The position numbers and the translations under genes were made by a program. Below, piece by piece: positions 28,618 to 41,795 of a stretch of DNA of 64,000 nt (its first letter is position 1; each line of letters starts with the position of its first letter). Below the pieces are notes generated by a model, which was given only the letters and a program-made list of their open reading frames with translations, was not told where the DNA came from and made no database searches. Source of the stretch: an uncultured Gemmatimonadales bacterium (GTDB taxonomy: Bacteria > Gemmatimonadota > Gemmatimonadetes > Longimicrobiales > RSA9); the NCBI GenBank assembly GCA_963741945.1, contig CAVUKA010000001.1, positions 352,001 through 416,000 on the forward strand. The letters are read 5' to 3'.

Positions 28618-29338
28618 TGCGCGCGGCCGTAGTCACGTTCCCCGGCTCGAATTGCGACTACGACTGCTACAAGGCCATCACCGACGTCCTGGGGGAGGAC
28701 GCGTGGTTCGTCTGGCACCGCGAAACCGATCTGGGCGACCCGGACCTCGTCATCCTGCCGGGCGGCTTCTCCTACGGCGACTATCTGCGCGCCGGCGCCA
28801 TTGCCCGCTTTTCGCCGGTCATGGACGAGGTGATCCGCTTCGCTGCCGACGGCGGGCCGGTGCTCGGGATCTGCAACGGGTTCCAGATCCTGTGCGAGGC
28901 GGGCGTGCTGCCCGGCGCCCTGGTCCGCAACCGTGACCTCAGGTTCCTCGGGAAGGAGGTGCGCGTCCGGGTCGAGCGCACTGACACCATGTACACACGG
29001 CGGTACGACACCGGGCAGGTCCTCCGACTCCCGCTGGCCCACGGCGAGGGCAACTACCTGGCCGACGAGCCCACACTCGCCCGCCTCGAGGACGAGGGCC
29101 GCGTGGTCCTCCGCTACGTCGATGCGGAGGGGAATGCCACCGATGCCGCGAATCCCAATGGCTCGGCCCACAACATTGCCGGAATCATCAATGGCGGCGG
29201 CAATGTCTTCGGGTTGATGCCGCACCCGGAACGGATGGTGGAAGGGCTCATGGGCGGCACCGATGGCCTGCCGCTGTTCGAGTCGCTCCGCGACGCGATC
29301 GACGGCTCCGCCCGCCCCGCCCGCGAGGAGGTGGCGCC

Positions 29339-29342
<4 letters not shown>
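28617..29342 (+). CDS. purQ: FGAM synthase subunit PurQ
   Basis: [35 protein letters not shown] overlap. Confidence 0.96.
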
Positions 29343-31657
<2,315 letters not shown>

Positions 31658-31717
31658 ATGGCCCCGCGGGAATTCGGGGGCCGACGCGATGCACCGTAGC
31701 ACAGGGGGCGGGGCGGC

Positions 31718-33100
31718 ATGTGCGGGATCGTAGGCGTCACCGGCGCGCAGGAGGCGGCCAAGCTGGCGTTCCTGGGCCTGTATGCCCTGCAGCACCGGGG
31801 GCAGGAATCGGCGGGAATCGCCGCCGTGGACGAGAATGGGAAGGCGCGCCTCATGAAGCGGGAGGGGCTCGTGGTGGAGAGCTTCGACGACCGCGACCTG
31901 GCCGCGCTCCCGGGCCACGTGGCCCTCGGCCACACCCGATACTCCACGGCCGGCGGTGCCGGTCTCGTCAATGCCCAGCCCATCGTGGTGAGCTACCGCG
32001 AGGGTGACCTCGGGCTGGTCCACAACGGCAACATCACCAACGCCCAGGTGCTGCGCGAGGAGCTCGTCGAAGAGGGCGCGCTCTTTCAGGGGACCATAGA
32101 CAGCGAGGTCATCGTCCACCTGATCTCCCGCTCCCGCTGCCCCACTCCGGAAGAGCAGATCTCCGAGGCCCTTTCCCGCCTCACGGGGGCGGTGAGCGTC
32201 ATCATCACCGTCGGCGAAACGCTCTACGCCGCCCGCGACCCCTGGGGATTCCGCCCCCTCGTTCTCGGCCGCTTCCCCGACGACGGCTGGATCGTGGCCA
32301 GCGAGAGCTGCGCCCTCGACCTGCTGGGCGCCGAATACGTGCGCGACATCGAGGCAGGCGAGATGGTCAGGATCCGCGGCCACGAGCTCACGTCCCTCCG
32401 GGAAGTGCGCGGCGAGCACCGAATCGCACCGTGCATCTTCGAGCTCGTCTACTTCGCCCGCCCCGACTCCCGCATCTGGGGACAGAGCGTGGACCGCGCC
32501 CGGCGCGCCTTCGGACGACGACTCGCCCGCGAGCACTCCGCCGATGCCGACGTGGTCATCAGCGTTCCCGACTCCTCCAACTCCGCCGCGCTCGGCTTCT
32601 CCGAGGAGAGCGGCATCCCGTACGAGCTGGGGCTCATCCGAAACCACTACGTGGGCCGCACGTTCATTCACCCCACGCAGGCCGGCCGCGACTTCCGCGT
32701 CCGCATCAAGTACAACCCCGTGCGCGAAGTCCTCGACGGCCAGCGCGTGGTGGTGGTCGACGACTCCCTCGTCCGCGGCACCACCAGCATGGGCCTCGTC
32801 CGCCTCCTCCGGGAAGCCGGCGCTGCGGAAGTCCACTTCCGCATCTCCAGCCCCCCCGTCCGCTATCCCTGCTTCTACGGCATCGACATGCCTACGCGGG
32901 AGGAGCTCATCGGCTCCCGCAAGACCGTGGAGGAGATCCGCCGACACCTGGACGTCGACTCCCTCGGCTATCTCTCCCTCGAAGGCATGACCGGCGCCGT
33001 CGCCGCCGCCGGGCCGTTCTGCCACGCCTGCTTCTCGGGCGAGTACACATCGCCGCTCGTCGACCTCGAGCGCGGGCTCCCCGTCTCGACCAGCTGCTGA
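31718..33100 (+). CDS. purF: Amidophosphoribosyltransferase
   Basis: N-terminal MCG, QHRGQE, GHTRYST, VDDSLVRGTT, Fe-S cysteines. Confidence 0.97.
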   Translation: MCGIVGVTGAQEAAKLAFLGLYALQHRGQESAGIAAVDENGKARLMKREGLVVESFDDRDLAALPGHVALGHTRYSTAGGAGLVNAQPIVVSYREGDLGLVHNGNITNAQVLREELVEEGALFQGTIDSEVIVHLISRSRCPTPEEQISEALSRLTGAVSVIITVGETLYAARDPWGFRPLVLGRFPDDGWIVASESCALDLLGAEYVRDIEAGEMVRIRGHELTSLREVRGEHRIAPCIFELVYFARPDSRIWGQSVDRARRAFGRRLAREHSADADVVISVPDSSNSAALGFSEESGIPYELGLIRNHYVGRTFIHPTQAGRDFRVRIKYNPVREVLDGQRVVVVDDSLVRGTTSMGLVRLLREAGAAEVHFRISSPPVRYPCFYGIDMPTREELIGSRKTVEEIRRHLDVDSLGYLSLEGMTGAVAAAGPFCHACFSGEYTSPLVDLERGLPVSTSC

Positions 33101-33341
33101 TGCGCCGCCGCCCGGCCTGAGGATGAATGCGGCCACTCGCGAAACGGCGCCCTCGGCCCCGCGCGCTTCTTGCATCCTTGTTCCTCACTGGACGTGAGCT
33201 CGATCGACAACATGATCGCGCGGTAGGAGCTTCCCCCACGACCTGTCGGGCTTGTTCGGACTGGTCGCGAACACGGAAATGCGTACATTGCTCCGCCATT
33301 CCGCGCAGCACCGCGCACCACGAATCCGGAAAGTCCAAATC

Positions 33342-36011
33342 ATGAGCAATCGCTGGGTCTACTTCTTCGGCAACGGCGAGGCCGACGGCGGGACCGAGGT
33401 CAAGGATCTCCTGGGCGGCAAGGGCGCGGGTCTGGCCGATATGGTCCGCGTGGGCGTCCCCGTCCCTCCCGGCTTCACCATCACCACGGCTGTCTGCCGC
33501 CATTACCTCGAGCACGGGGACGTTCCGGACGGCTTGAGCGGCATGGTGCACGAGCACCTGGCGAAAGTGGAATCGGCCACGGAGAAGACGTTCGGGGCCA
33601 CGGACACGCGTCCGCTCCTGGTTTCGGTGCGGAGCGGCGCGAAGGTCTCCATGCCGGGGATGATGGACACGATCCTGAACCTGGGCCTGAACGATGACAC
33701 GGTGCAGGCGCTGGCGCGGGACGCCGATGATGAGCGGTTCGCGTACGACTCCTATCGCCGCTTCATCCAGATGTACTCGGACGTGGTGCTCGGGCTGGAG
33801 CACGAGCTGTTCGAGAACCGGCTGGAAGCGAAGCGGGACGCCCGCGGGGTGGAGGAGGACACGGACCTGACCGCGGAGGACCTGCGGGAACTGGTGGTGG
33901 AGTATCGTGAGCTGGTGGAGCGCGAGACGGGCACGCCCTTCCCGACCGACCCGGAAGCGCAGCTGTGGGGCGCGATCAAGGCCGTTTTCGACTCCTGGAA
34001 CAACGAGCGCGCCATCGCCTACCGTCGCCACAACAAGATCCCGGAGGACCTGGGCACCGCCGTCACCGTCCAGACCATGGTCTACGGGAACATGGGGAAC
34101 ACGTCCGGCACGGGGGTGGCGTTCACGCGCGACCCGAGCACGGGCGAGAAGCTCGTCTTCGGCGAGTTCCTGCTCAACGCGCAGGGTGAGGACGTGGTGG
34201 CCGGGATCCGGACGCCCGTGGCCATCAGCGAGATGGCGGAGATCCTCCCGGACGCGTACGACCAGCTGCAGGAGATCCAGGATCGACTGGAGCGCCATTA
34301 CACGGACATGCAGGACATGGAGTTCACGGTGGAGCGCGGCCGGCTGTACCTGCTCCAGACGCGTACGGGGAAGCGGACGTCGGCGGCGGCGATCCGGATC
34401 GCGGTGGAGATGGTCGGGGAGGGCCTGATCAACAGGGCCACGGCCGTGAGGCGTGTGGAGCCGGAGCAGCTGGAACAGCAGCTCCATCCGGGGCTCGACC
34501 CGAGCGCGGAAACGGAGGAGCTGGCGAAAGGGCTGCCGGCGTCGCCCGGGGCGGCGGCGGGCAAGGTGGTGTTCGACCCGGATGAGGCCGTGCGGTGGGG
34601 CAAGGATGGCGCGCCCGTGCTCCTGGTCCGGCACGAGACCTCGCCGGACGACTTCGCGGGCATGGCCGCGGCGCAGGGGATCGTCACATCGCGCGGCGGA
34701 ATGACATCGCACGCGGCGGTCGTGGCGCGGGGCATGGGGAAGCCGTGCGTCGCGGGCGCGCACACTCTGGACATCCACGAGGGCGACGGGTACATGACCG
34801 CGGCCGGGAAGCGGATCGAGCAGGGCGACTGGATCACGATCGACGGAGCCACGGGGCGGGTGCTGGCGGGACGCGTCGCCACGGTGGAGCCGGAAGTGTC
34901 CGACGAGTTCCGGAAGCTCATGGGGTGGGCCGACGACGTGCGCACCATGCGGGTCCGGACGAACGCGGACAACCCGGAGGACGCGCGCAAGGCCCGGGAG
35001 TTCGGCGCGGAAGGGATCGGGCTCTGTCGCACCGAACACATGTTCTTCGGCGATGAGCGGATCCTGGCCGTGCGCGAAATGATCCTGGCCAGGGACTCGG
35101 AGGAGCGGAAGGCCGCGCTGGACAAGCTGCTGCCGATGCAGCGGGGCGATTTCGAGGGAATCTTCCGGGCGATGGACGGCTACCCCGTCACCATCCGCCT
35201 GCTCGATCCGCCGCTCCACGAGTTCCTCCCCCACGACGACCAGGAGATGCAGGAGCTGGCCGACGCCACGGACCGCTCCATCGACGTCGTGCGGGCAGCC
35301 GTGGCGCGGCACCGCGAGGCCAACCCGATGCTGGGGCACCGGGGCTGCCGGCTCGGCATCACGGTGCCCGAGCTCACCGAGATGCAGGCGTGCGCCATTT
35401 TCGAAGCGGCGGTGACCGTGGCCGCGGAGGGCGTGGATGTCCAGCCGGAGATCATGGTGCCGCTGGTCGGGACGGAAGAGGAGCTGGTACTTCAGGAGAA
35501 GGCGATCCGCCGGGTCGCCCGTCAGGTGTTCGAGGAGCGCGGGCGTGAGGTGGCGTACCTGGTGGGCACCATGATCGAGCTGCCACGTGCCGCCCTCACC
35601 GCCGACCGGATCGCGCAGTCCGCCGAGTTCTTCTCGTTCGGCACCAACGACCTGACCCAGACCACGTACGGGATCTCCCGGGACGACGCGGGCTCCTTCC
35701 TGCCGTACTACATCGAGCACGGCATTTTCCCGAACGACCCGTTCCAGGTGCTGGACCGCGAGGGCGTGGGCCAGCTGGTGGCGCTCGGAACGCGCAAGGG
35801 CCGCGCTGCCCGCAAGGATCTCAAGGTGGGCATCTGCGGCGAGCATGGTGGCGACCCCAGCTCCGTGGCCTTCTGCCATCGGGTGGGTCTCGATTACGTT
35901 TCCTGCTCGCCGTTCCGGGTACCGGTCGCCCGCCTGGCCGCCGCCCAGGCCGCGCTCTACGACGCGGACCCGGAAGCGCAGGAGGAGCAGCGGCTGCAGA
36001 ACGTGGGTTGA
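33342..36011 (+). CDS. ppdK: Pyruvate, phosphate dikinase
   Basis: LGGKGAGL, SVRSGA..SMPGMMDT, GGMTSHAAVVAR, GLCRTEHMF, FGTNDLTQ, GICGEHGG. Confidence 0.97.
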   Translation: MSNRWVYFFGNGEADGGTEVKDLLGGKGAGLADMVRVGVPVPPGFTITTAVCRHYLEHGDVPDGLSGMVHEHLAKVESATEKTFGATDTRPLLVSVRSGAKVSMPGMMDTILNLGLNDDTVQALARDADDERFAYDSYRRFIQMYSDVVLGLEHELFENRLEAKRDARGVEEDTDLTAEDLRELVVEYRELVERETGTPFPTDPEAQLWGAIKAVFDSWNNERAIAYRRHNKIPEDLGTAVTVQTMVYGNMGNTSGTGVAFTRDPSTGEKLVFGEFLLNAQGEDVVAGIRTPVAISEMAEILPDAYDQLQEIQDRLERHYTDMQDMEFTVERGRLYLLQTRTGKRTSAAAIRIAVEMVGEGLINRATAVRRVEPEQLEQQLHPGLDPSAETEELAKGLPASPGAAAGKVVFDPDEAVRWGKDGAPVLLVRHETSPDDFAGMAAAQGIVTSRGGMTSHAAVVARGMGKPCVAGAHTLDIHEGDGYMTAAGKRIEQGDWITIDGATGRVLAGRVATVEPEVSDEFRKLMGWADDVRTMRVRTNADNPEDARKAREFGAEGIGLCRTEHMFFGDERILAVREMILARDSEERKAALDKLLPMQRGDFEGIFRAMDGYPVTIRLLDPPLHEFLPHDDQEMQELADATDRSIDVVRAAVARHREANPMLGHRGCRLGITVPELTEMQACAIFEAAVTVAAEGVDVQPEIMVPLVGTEEELVLQEKAIRRVARQVFEERGREVAYLVGTMIELPRAALTADRIAQSAEFFSFGTNDLTQTTYGISRDDAGSFLPYYIEHGIFPNDPFQVLDREGVGQLVALGTRKGRAARKDLKVGICGEHGGDPSSVAFCHRVGLDYVSCSPFRVPVARLAAAQAALYDADPEAQEEQRLQNVG

Positions 36012-36027
36012 GGGACTGAGGAGGAGA

Positions 36028-37089
36028 ATGGCCGGAGTGACCGAGGCGGCATTGCGTCGCCTGCCGAAGACGGACCTGCACGTGCACCTGGACGGCTCGC
36101 TCCGCCCCGCCACGCTCGTCGAGCTGGCGGAGGAACGGGGCGTGAAGCTGCCCACGCACGATCCGCAGGAGCTGGCGGACTACATGCACGTGCAGGATGC
36201 TCGTGACCTCGTGGACTACCTGTCCCGCTTCGATATCACTCTGTCCGTAATGCAGGACACCGACGCGCTGGAACGCATCGCGTTCGAGCTTGCCGAGGAC
36301 GCCGCCGAAGAGAACGTGCGCTACATGGAGGTCCGCTTCTCCCCGGTCCTCAACATCCAGGATGGCCTCAGCCTCCAGGAAGCCGTCGAAGCGCCGCTGC
36401 GGGGGCTCCGGCGCGCGGAGGAGATGTACGACATCCGGACGGGCATCATCATCTGCGGGATCCGGAACATGAGCCCGCACACCTCCATGGAGCTGGCGGA
36501 CCTCACGGTCACGTTCAAGAACCGGGGTGTGGTGGCGTTCGACCTGGCGGGCGCCGAGTACAACAACCCGGCCAAGATGCACCGGGAAGCGTTCTACCGT
36601 GTGGGCAATGCGAACGTGGCGGCCACGATCCACGCGGGCGAGGCGTACGGTCCCGAATCGATCCACCAGGCGCTGCACTACTGCAACGCCAACCGGATCG
36701 GCCACGGCACCCGCCTCTACGAGGACCCGGACCTCATGCGGTACATCAACGACTTCCGGGTCCCCATCGAGATCTGCCTCACGTCCAACGTGCAGACCCA
36801 CGCGGTGGAGCGCTTCCAGGACCACCCGCTGCGGCTCTACTTCGACGAAGGCCTGGTGGTGACCATCAATACGGACAACCGGCTGATGAGCGCCACGACG
36901 GTCACGGAGGAGTACTGGCGCGCGCACCAGTACCTGGATTTCACCTGGGACGAGCTGACCCGGATCGCGCTCAACGGCTTCGAGAGCGCGTTCCTGCCCT
37001 ACCAGGAGAAGCAGGCGCTCGTGGCAGCCGTCGCCGAGGAGATCGCCGGGCTGGACCCGATGCCGAGGCGCGCCAGCGCAGCCGGATAA
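36028..37089 (+). CDS. add: Adenosine deaminase
   Basis: LPKTDLHVHLDGS, HAGE, RIGHG, INTDN. Confidence 0.93.
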   Translation: MAGVTEAALRRLPKTDLHVHLDGSLRPATLVELAEERGVKLPTHDPQELADYMHVQDARDLVDYLSRFDITLSVMQDTDALERIAFELAEDAAEENVRYMEVRFSPVLNIQDGLSLQEAVEAPLRGLRRAEEMYDIRTGIIICGIRNMSPHTSMELADLTVTFKNRGVVAFDLAGAEYNNPAKMHREAFYRVGNANVAATIHAGEAYGPESIHQALHYCNANRIGHGTRLYEDPDLMRYINDFRVPIEICLTSNVQTHAVERFQDHPLRLYFDEGLVVTINTDNRLMSATTVTEEYWRAHQYLDFTWDELTRIALNGFESAFLPYQEKQALVAAVAEEIAGLDPMPRRASAAG

Positions 37090-37199
37090 GTCCGACGGCT
37101 GAGCGGTCCCCGGACCGCGACGGACGCCTGCGGCGGCAGCGTGCGCCGGCCGGTTCGTCACGGGAGCGCAACAGCCACGCGGATCCCGCCGCGGGAGGG

Positions 37200-37228
37200 T
37201 TGATTCTGCGACGGCCCGCCCGTATCAT
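37200..37228 (+). promoter_or_regulatory. sigma70-type promoter of the TonB-dependent receptor gene
   Basis: TTGATT-17 bp-TATCAT, ~170 nt upstream of the ATG. Confidence 0.6.
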
Positions 37229-37396
37229 CGGCGCGACTTTCCCAGTCAACCACGACCACGACAGTGATGACCGACGCCGGCGGCAGCCCCATTCGGAGGC
37301 GTTCCAAAGCGGGACGGGCATTCTGTAGCACCGGTCGTTTTCTCCAGGCCCATTTCCGGGCCGGAGAGTCTCTCAGTACCCCAACCTGGATGGACG

Positions 37397-40300
37397 ATGA
37401 CGACGAAGTCTCGTAAGCGGTCGTCGCTCCTGGGTATCGCCCTGCTCGCGCTCGCTGGTGCAGCCGGCGGGTTGAGCGCCCAGAGCACGACGACGGCCGG
37501 CATCGCCGGCTCGATACGTACTGCGGACGGTGAGGCAGTGCCCACCGCGGAGGTGGTGATCCGCAACAGCGCCACCGGCGTGACCAACCGCGCCATCACC
37601 GGTCAGAACGGCCGGTATTTCATTCCCTACCTGAAGCCGGGCGCGGGCTACGTGGTGGAGGTGAACGCCCTCGGGTACGGGACGCAGCGCGAGGAGAACG
37701 TCCGGCTCACGCTGGGCGACATCTACGAGCTGAACTTCACACTTCAGCCGCAGGCGGTGAGTGCCGGCGAGATCCGGGTCACCACGGCGCGCGGGGACGT
37801 GTTCAGCCCCACGCACATGGGCGCCCAGACCACGGTGGACGAGAGTGCCATCGAGGACCAGCCGAGCATCGATCGCCACATCAACGACCTGGCGGCGCTC
37901 TCGCCGTACGTTTCGCTCACCGGTGACGCGCCCTCCGTGGGCGGCCAGAACAACCGGATGAACAACATCCAGATCGACGGCGCCGTGAACAACGACGTGT
38001 TCGGCCTGGCGGCCAGCGGCGTGCCGGGCGGGCAGGCGAACGCGAAGCCGATCCCGATCGACGCCATTGCGCAGTTCGAGGTGCTGGTGGCCCCGTTCGA
38101 CGTGCGCCAGGCGGGCTTCAGCGGCGGCCTGATCAACGCCGTCACGAAGAGCGGGACCAACCAGTGGACAGGCTCGCTCTACGGGTACTACCGCAACGAG
38201 AACTTCCTCAACAACAACCTGAAGTACACGCTCCCGGTGGCGGGCGGGGGTGTGGCCAAGGACTCCCTCACGACGGCCGACTTCCTGGACCAGACGCTTG
38301 GATTCTCCATGGGCGGTCCGATCGTCAAGGACAAGCTGCACCTGTACGCGGCGGGTGAGTTCCAGCGGCGGGAATACCCGCTGTTCTACGGCATCTCTTC
38401 CGATCCCGCCCGCATCCGCCAGAGTCCGGACTCGATCCAGCGCTTCATCAACATCCTGGAGAACCAGTACGGCTTCGACCCGGGTGATCCGACGGCGTAC
38501 GCGCAGAAGAATCCGAACAGCAACGTCTTCGCCCGGCTCGACTGGTCGCCGAGCGAGAAGCACCGGATAACGTTCCGGGACAACTTCGTGCATGCGTCCG
38601 ATGCCAGCTCGCCATCGCGCGGCGGATCGTACTTCACGCTGTCGTCGGGAACGTACAGCTTCGAGAGCAACACCAATTCGGCGGTGCTCCAGGTCCACTC
38701 CACGTTCGCGCAGGACCTGTTCAACGAGCTGCTGGTCAACTACGAGCGCGTGCGCGATCGCCGCAATCCCCTGGGCAGCTACCCGCTGATCCAGGTGGAC
38801 AACACCAGCTCCCTGAGCAGCGGGACCGTGAACGGGACGCTTCAGGCCGGGGCCGAGCTCTACTCCCAGGCCAACGAGCTCGACCAGGATATCGTCCAGA
38901 TCACGGACAACTTCACGAAGGTGCTCGGCGCCCACCGCGCAACGCTCGGTGGTCAGGTCGAGTACTACCATTTCCGCAACCTGTTCGCCCCCGGCACCAT
39001 GGGGCAGTGGGGCTTCGACAGCCTCACCGACTTCCAGGGCGGGAACGCCAGCAGCTATTTCGTCAACGTCCCGTACGGCAATCTCACGGTCGCGGACCTG
39101 GCGGCGAAGTTCGGCGTCTACAACCTCAGCGCCTATGTCCAGGACGAGTGGACGGTCAACTCGCAGCTCACGCTCAGCGGCGGGCTCCGTTTCGACGTCC
39201 CGGTCATGCCGGACAAGCCGCGCAGCAACCCGGAGTTCCAGCAGGCTTTCGGCCTGTCCACGGCCGTCGTGCCGTCCGGCAACTTCAACATCTCACCGCG
39301 CCTCGGCTTCAACTGGCAGGTCCCGGGCGACGTGATGACTCAGGTGCGTGGCGGCGCCGGCCTCTTCACTGGCCGCCCGCCGTTCGTCTGGCTGTCGAAC
39401 CAGTACGGCAACACCGGTCACGAGATGGTGGCGCTGAACTGCAGGGGCTCGAACGCGCCGGCGTTCACGTCGGGCGCACCGCCCACGACCTGCGCCGATG
39501 GCACGCCGGCAACGGCGAGCGGCGTGATGATCGTGAACGTCTTCGACAAGGACTTCCGGTTCCCGCAGGAGCTCAAGATCTCGCTGGCCGTGGACCGTGA
39601 GCTGCCCTGGGACCTGCGCGCCACGGTGGAGGGACTCTACACGAAGTCCATCAACCAGATCGCGATGAAGGACCTCAACTTCAACTACGTCGGCCAGTCG
39701 AACCCGGCGGACGCCATTGGCAACCGCCCCGTGTTCGGCACGCCCGTGGACAACTCGTACGACGCCATGGCGCCGGACCGCGTCAACAGCGCGTTCGGTC
39801 CGGTGATCGAGCTGACGAACGACAGCAAGAACTACGCATACCTGTTCAACTTCGAGCTGCAGCGGAAGTTCTTCGAGAACATCGACGTGCGGGCCGCATA
39901 CACGTACTCGCGCGCGTTCGCGACGCAGAACCTGACGTCCAGCATCGCCACGTCGAACTACGGCTACAACGCCATCAGTGGCGACCCGAACGATCCGCCG
40001 GTGGCGCCGTCGAGCTTCGATCGGCCGCACAAGATCCTGCTCACCGCGTCGGGAACCTTCTTCGAGAAGTACGGCGGGACCACGCTCTCGGCGTTCTACA
40101 TCGGGCGCTCCGGGAAGCGGTACTACTACATCTATGACGGCGACGTCAACGGCGACGGTTACGAGACGTACGGTGTCGTGAACAATCGGAACAACGACCT
40201 GGCGTACATCCCGAACAGCTCCAGCGAGATCACGTGGAGCCCCACGGGTCGCCCGGCCGCCGAGGATGAGCGACTCTACAACGAGCTGGTGAGCCTGGAG

Positions 40301-40672
40301 CCGTGTCTCCAGGAATCGAAGGGGTCCATCATGGAGGCGTTCGCCTGCCAGGGCCCGTGGAGCAACCAGCTCAACATGAAGCTCCAGCAGGGCATCCCGC
40401 TGCCCACGCAGCGTGGCAAGGTGGCCCTCACGGTGGATGTCTTCAACGTCCTGAACCTGCTCAACCACGAGTGGGGCCTCGACCAGGGCCCCCTCTATGG
40501 CGACCAGTACCTGCTGCAGCTCCGCGGGCGTGACAACGCCACGGGCGCCATGCAGTTCGACTACTACGGTCCCACGGTGACGCAGGACGGGGTGCAGCAC
40601 GCGGTGAAGCCGTACACCACGTTCTTCGACAGCCGCTGGAGCATCCAGACGGGGGTACGGGTTACGTTCTAA
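37397..40672 (+). CDS. TonB-dependent receptor with N-terminal carboxypeptidase-regulatory-like domain (Oar-like)
   Basis: Signal peptide, IDGAVNND.FG, GG.INAVTKSGTN, YVQDEW, SPRLGFNW, C-terminal F. Confidence 0.9.
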   Translation: MTTKSRKRSSLLGIALLALAGAAGGLSAQSTTTAGIAGSIRTADGEAVPTAEVVIRNSATGVTNRAITGQNGRYFIPYLKPGAGYVVEVNALGYGTQREENVRLTLGDIYELNFTLQPQAVSAGEIRVTTARGDVFSPTHMGAQTTVDESAIEDQPSIDRHINDLAALSPYVSLTGDAPSVGGQNNRMNNIQIDGAVNNDVFGLAASGVPGGQANAKPIPIDAIAQFEVLVAPFDVRQAGFSGGLINAVTKSGTNQWTGSLYGYYRNENFLNNNLKYTLPVAGGGVAKDSLTTADFLDQTLGFSMGGPIVKDKLHLYAAGEFQRREYPLFYGISSDPARIRQSPDSIQRFINILENQYGFDPGDPTAYAQKNPNSNVFARLDWSPSEKHRITFRDNFVHASDASSPSRGGSYFTLSSGTYSFESNTNSAVLQVHSTFAQDLFNELLVNYERVRDRRNPLGSYPLIQVDNTSSLSSGTVNGTLQAGAELYSQANELDQDIVQITDNFTKVLGAHRATLGGQVEYYHFRNLFAPGTMGQWGFDSLTDFQGGNASSYFVNVPYGNLTVADLAAKFGVYNLSAYVQDEWTVNSQLTLSGGLRFDVPVMPDKPRSNPEFQQAFGLSTAVVPSGNFNISPRLGFNWQVPGDVMTQVRGGAGLFTGRPPFVWLSNQYGNTGHEMVALNCRGSNAPAFTSGAPPTTCADGTPATASGVMIVNVFDKDFRFPQELKISLAVDRELPWDLRATVEGLYTKSINQIAMKDLNFNYVGQSNPADAIGNRPVFGTPVDNSYDAMAPDRVNSAFGPVIELTNDSKNYAYLFNFELQRKFFENIDVRAAYTYSRAFATQNLTSSIATSNYGYNAISGDPNDPPVAPSSFDRPHKILLTASGTFFEKYGGTTLSAFYIGRSGKRYYYIYDGDVNGDGYETYGVVNNRNNDLAYIPNSSSEITWSPTGRPAAEDERLYNELVSLEPCLQESKGSIMEAFACQGPWSNQLNMKLQQGIPLPTQRGKVALTVDVFNVLNLLNHEWGLDQGPLYGDQYLLQLRGRDNATGAMQFDYYGPTVTQDGVQHAVKPYTTFFDSRWSIQTGVRVTF

Positions 40673-40692
40673 CCCGCTCGCCCGAAGCTCGA

Positions 40693-40736
40693 AGGAAGAA
40701 AGCCCCGCCGGCAGCTGCCGGCGGGGCTTTCTTCCT
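40693..40736. terminator. Bidirectional intrinsic terminator (perfect 44-bp palindrome)
   Basis: aggaagaaagccccgccggcag|ctgccggcggggctttcttcct between convergent genes. Confidence 0.85.
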
Positions 40737-40769
40737 CCCCTCCCCGGAGTCCTTCCGGCTCGCCTCGAC

Positions 40770-41795
40770 CTAGGCGCTCGTGGCCAGCACGTCCTCCCCG
40801 AGGAACTCGTGCGCCAGATCCACGTGCTCGGCGGAGCCCATGAACACCGGCGTGCGCTGGTGGAGGCTGGTGGGGACGATGTCCAGGATCGGGCCGGTGC
40901 CATCCGTCGCCCGGCCGCCCGCCTGCTCGAAGATCCACGCCAGTGGTGACGCTTCGTACAGGAGCCGCAGCTTGCCCTTCGGGTGTCGCGTGTCCGGCGG
41001 ATACATGAACAACCCGCCGTAGAGGAGCGTTCGGTTCAGGTCGGCCACCATGGAGCCGATGTAGCGCGAAGACCAGGACTCCGCGCTGGCGCTGCCGATC
41101 CCCTTCAGATGGTCCACAAGCCGCTGCTGCCGTTCTGACCAGCGGGAATAGTACGCCTCGTTGATGCTGTAGATGCGCTGCGGCGGACGCGGGATCTGGA
41201 TGTCCGGGTGGCTCAGCAGGAACTCCCCGATCGACGGGTCCAGCGTGAAGCCGTGCACTCCCGCCCCGGTCGTGTAGACCAGCATTGTCGAGGAGCCGTA
41301 GACAATGTACCCGGAAGCGATCTGGTCCCGCCCGCGCTGCAGGCAGTCCTCGTCGCAGCCGCGCGGGTGGTCCGACACCTTCCGATGCACCGAGAAGATC
41401 GTCCCGATCGAGACGTTCGCGTCGATGTTGGACGAGCCGTCCAGCGGATCGTAGAGGAGCGTGTACTTCCCCGTCGGGAACCGGTCCGGGATGTCCAGGA
41501 TCTCCTCGTGCTCTTCCGACGCCATGCAGCAGAGGAGCCCCGTGTGATCGAACGCGTTGAAGATGACATCGTCGGCGAACTCGTCCAGTTTCCGCACCGT
41601 CTCGCCGTGGACGTTCGTCTGCTTCGTGGCGCCCAGGATATCCACCAGACCCGCCTGGCTCACTTCCCGGGCGATGATCTTGGCGGCCAGCGCGATGTTG
41701 TAGAGCAGGTCGCTCAGGGCACCCGTTGCCTGCGGGTGGCGGCGTTCCTGGTCGATGATGTGGCGCTCAATGGTGACCACCGATCGGGACGTCAT
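40770..41795 (-). CDS. fbp: Class 1 fructose-1,6-bisphosphatase
   Basis: ASEE, DPLDGSSNID.NVSIGTIF, RYIGSMVAD, GKLRLLYE. Confidence 0.96.
   Translation of the reverse strand: MTSRSVVTIERHIIDQERRHPQATGALSDLLYNIALAAKIIAREVSQAGLVDILGATKQTNVHGETVRKLDEFADDVIFNAFDHTGLLCCMASEEHEEILDIPDRFPTGKYTLLYDPLDGSSNIDANVSIGTIFSVHRKVSDHPRGCDEDCLQRGRDQIASGYIVYGSSTMLVYTTGAGVHGFTLDPSIGEFLLSHPDIQIPRPPQRIYSINEAYYSRWSERQQRLVDHLKGIGSASAESWSSRYIGSMVADLNRTLLYGGLFMYPPDTRHPKGKLRLLYEASPLAWIFEQAGGRATDGTGPILDIVPTSLHQRTPVFMGSAEHVDLAHEFLGEDVLATSA

Noticed and set aside
33110-33175. Hammerhead-like CTGAGGA...CGAAAC after purF
   Set aside because: Stems I and III and the UH cleavage site cannot be formed convincingly.
32907-36155. 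Very long antisense ORFs (1082 aa opposite ppdK; likewise 43118-46135, 14739-16886, 17662-19776)
   Set aside because: Shadow ORFs expected opposite genes with strong GC3 bias; no recognisable motifs.
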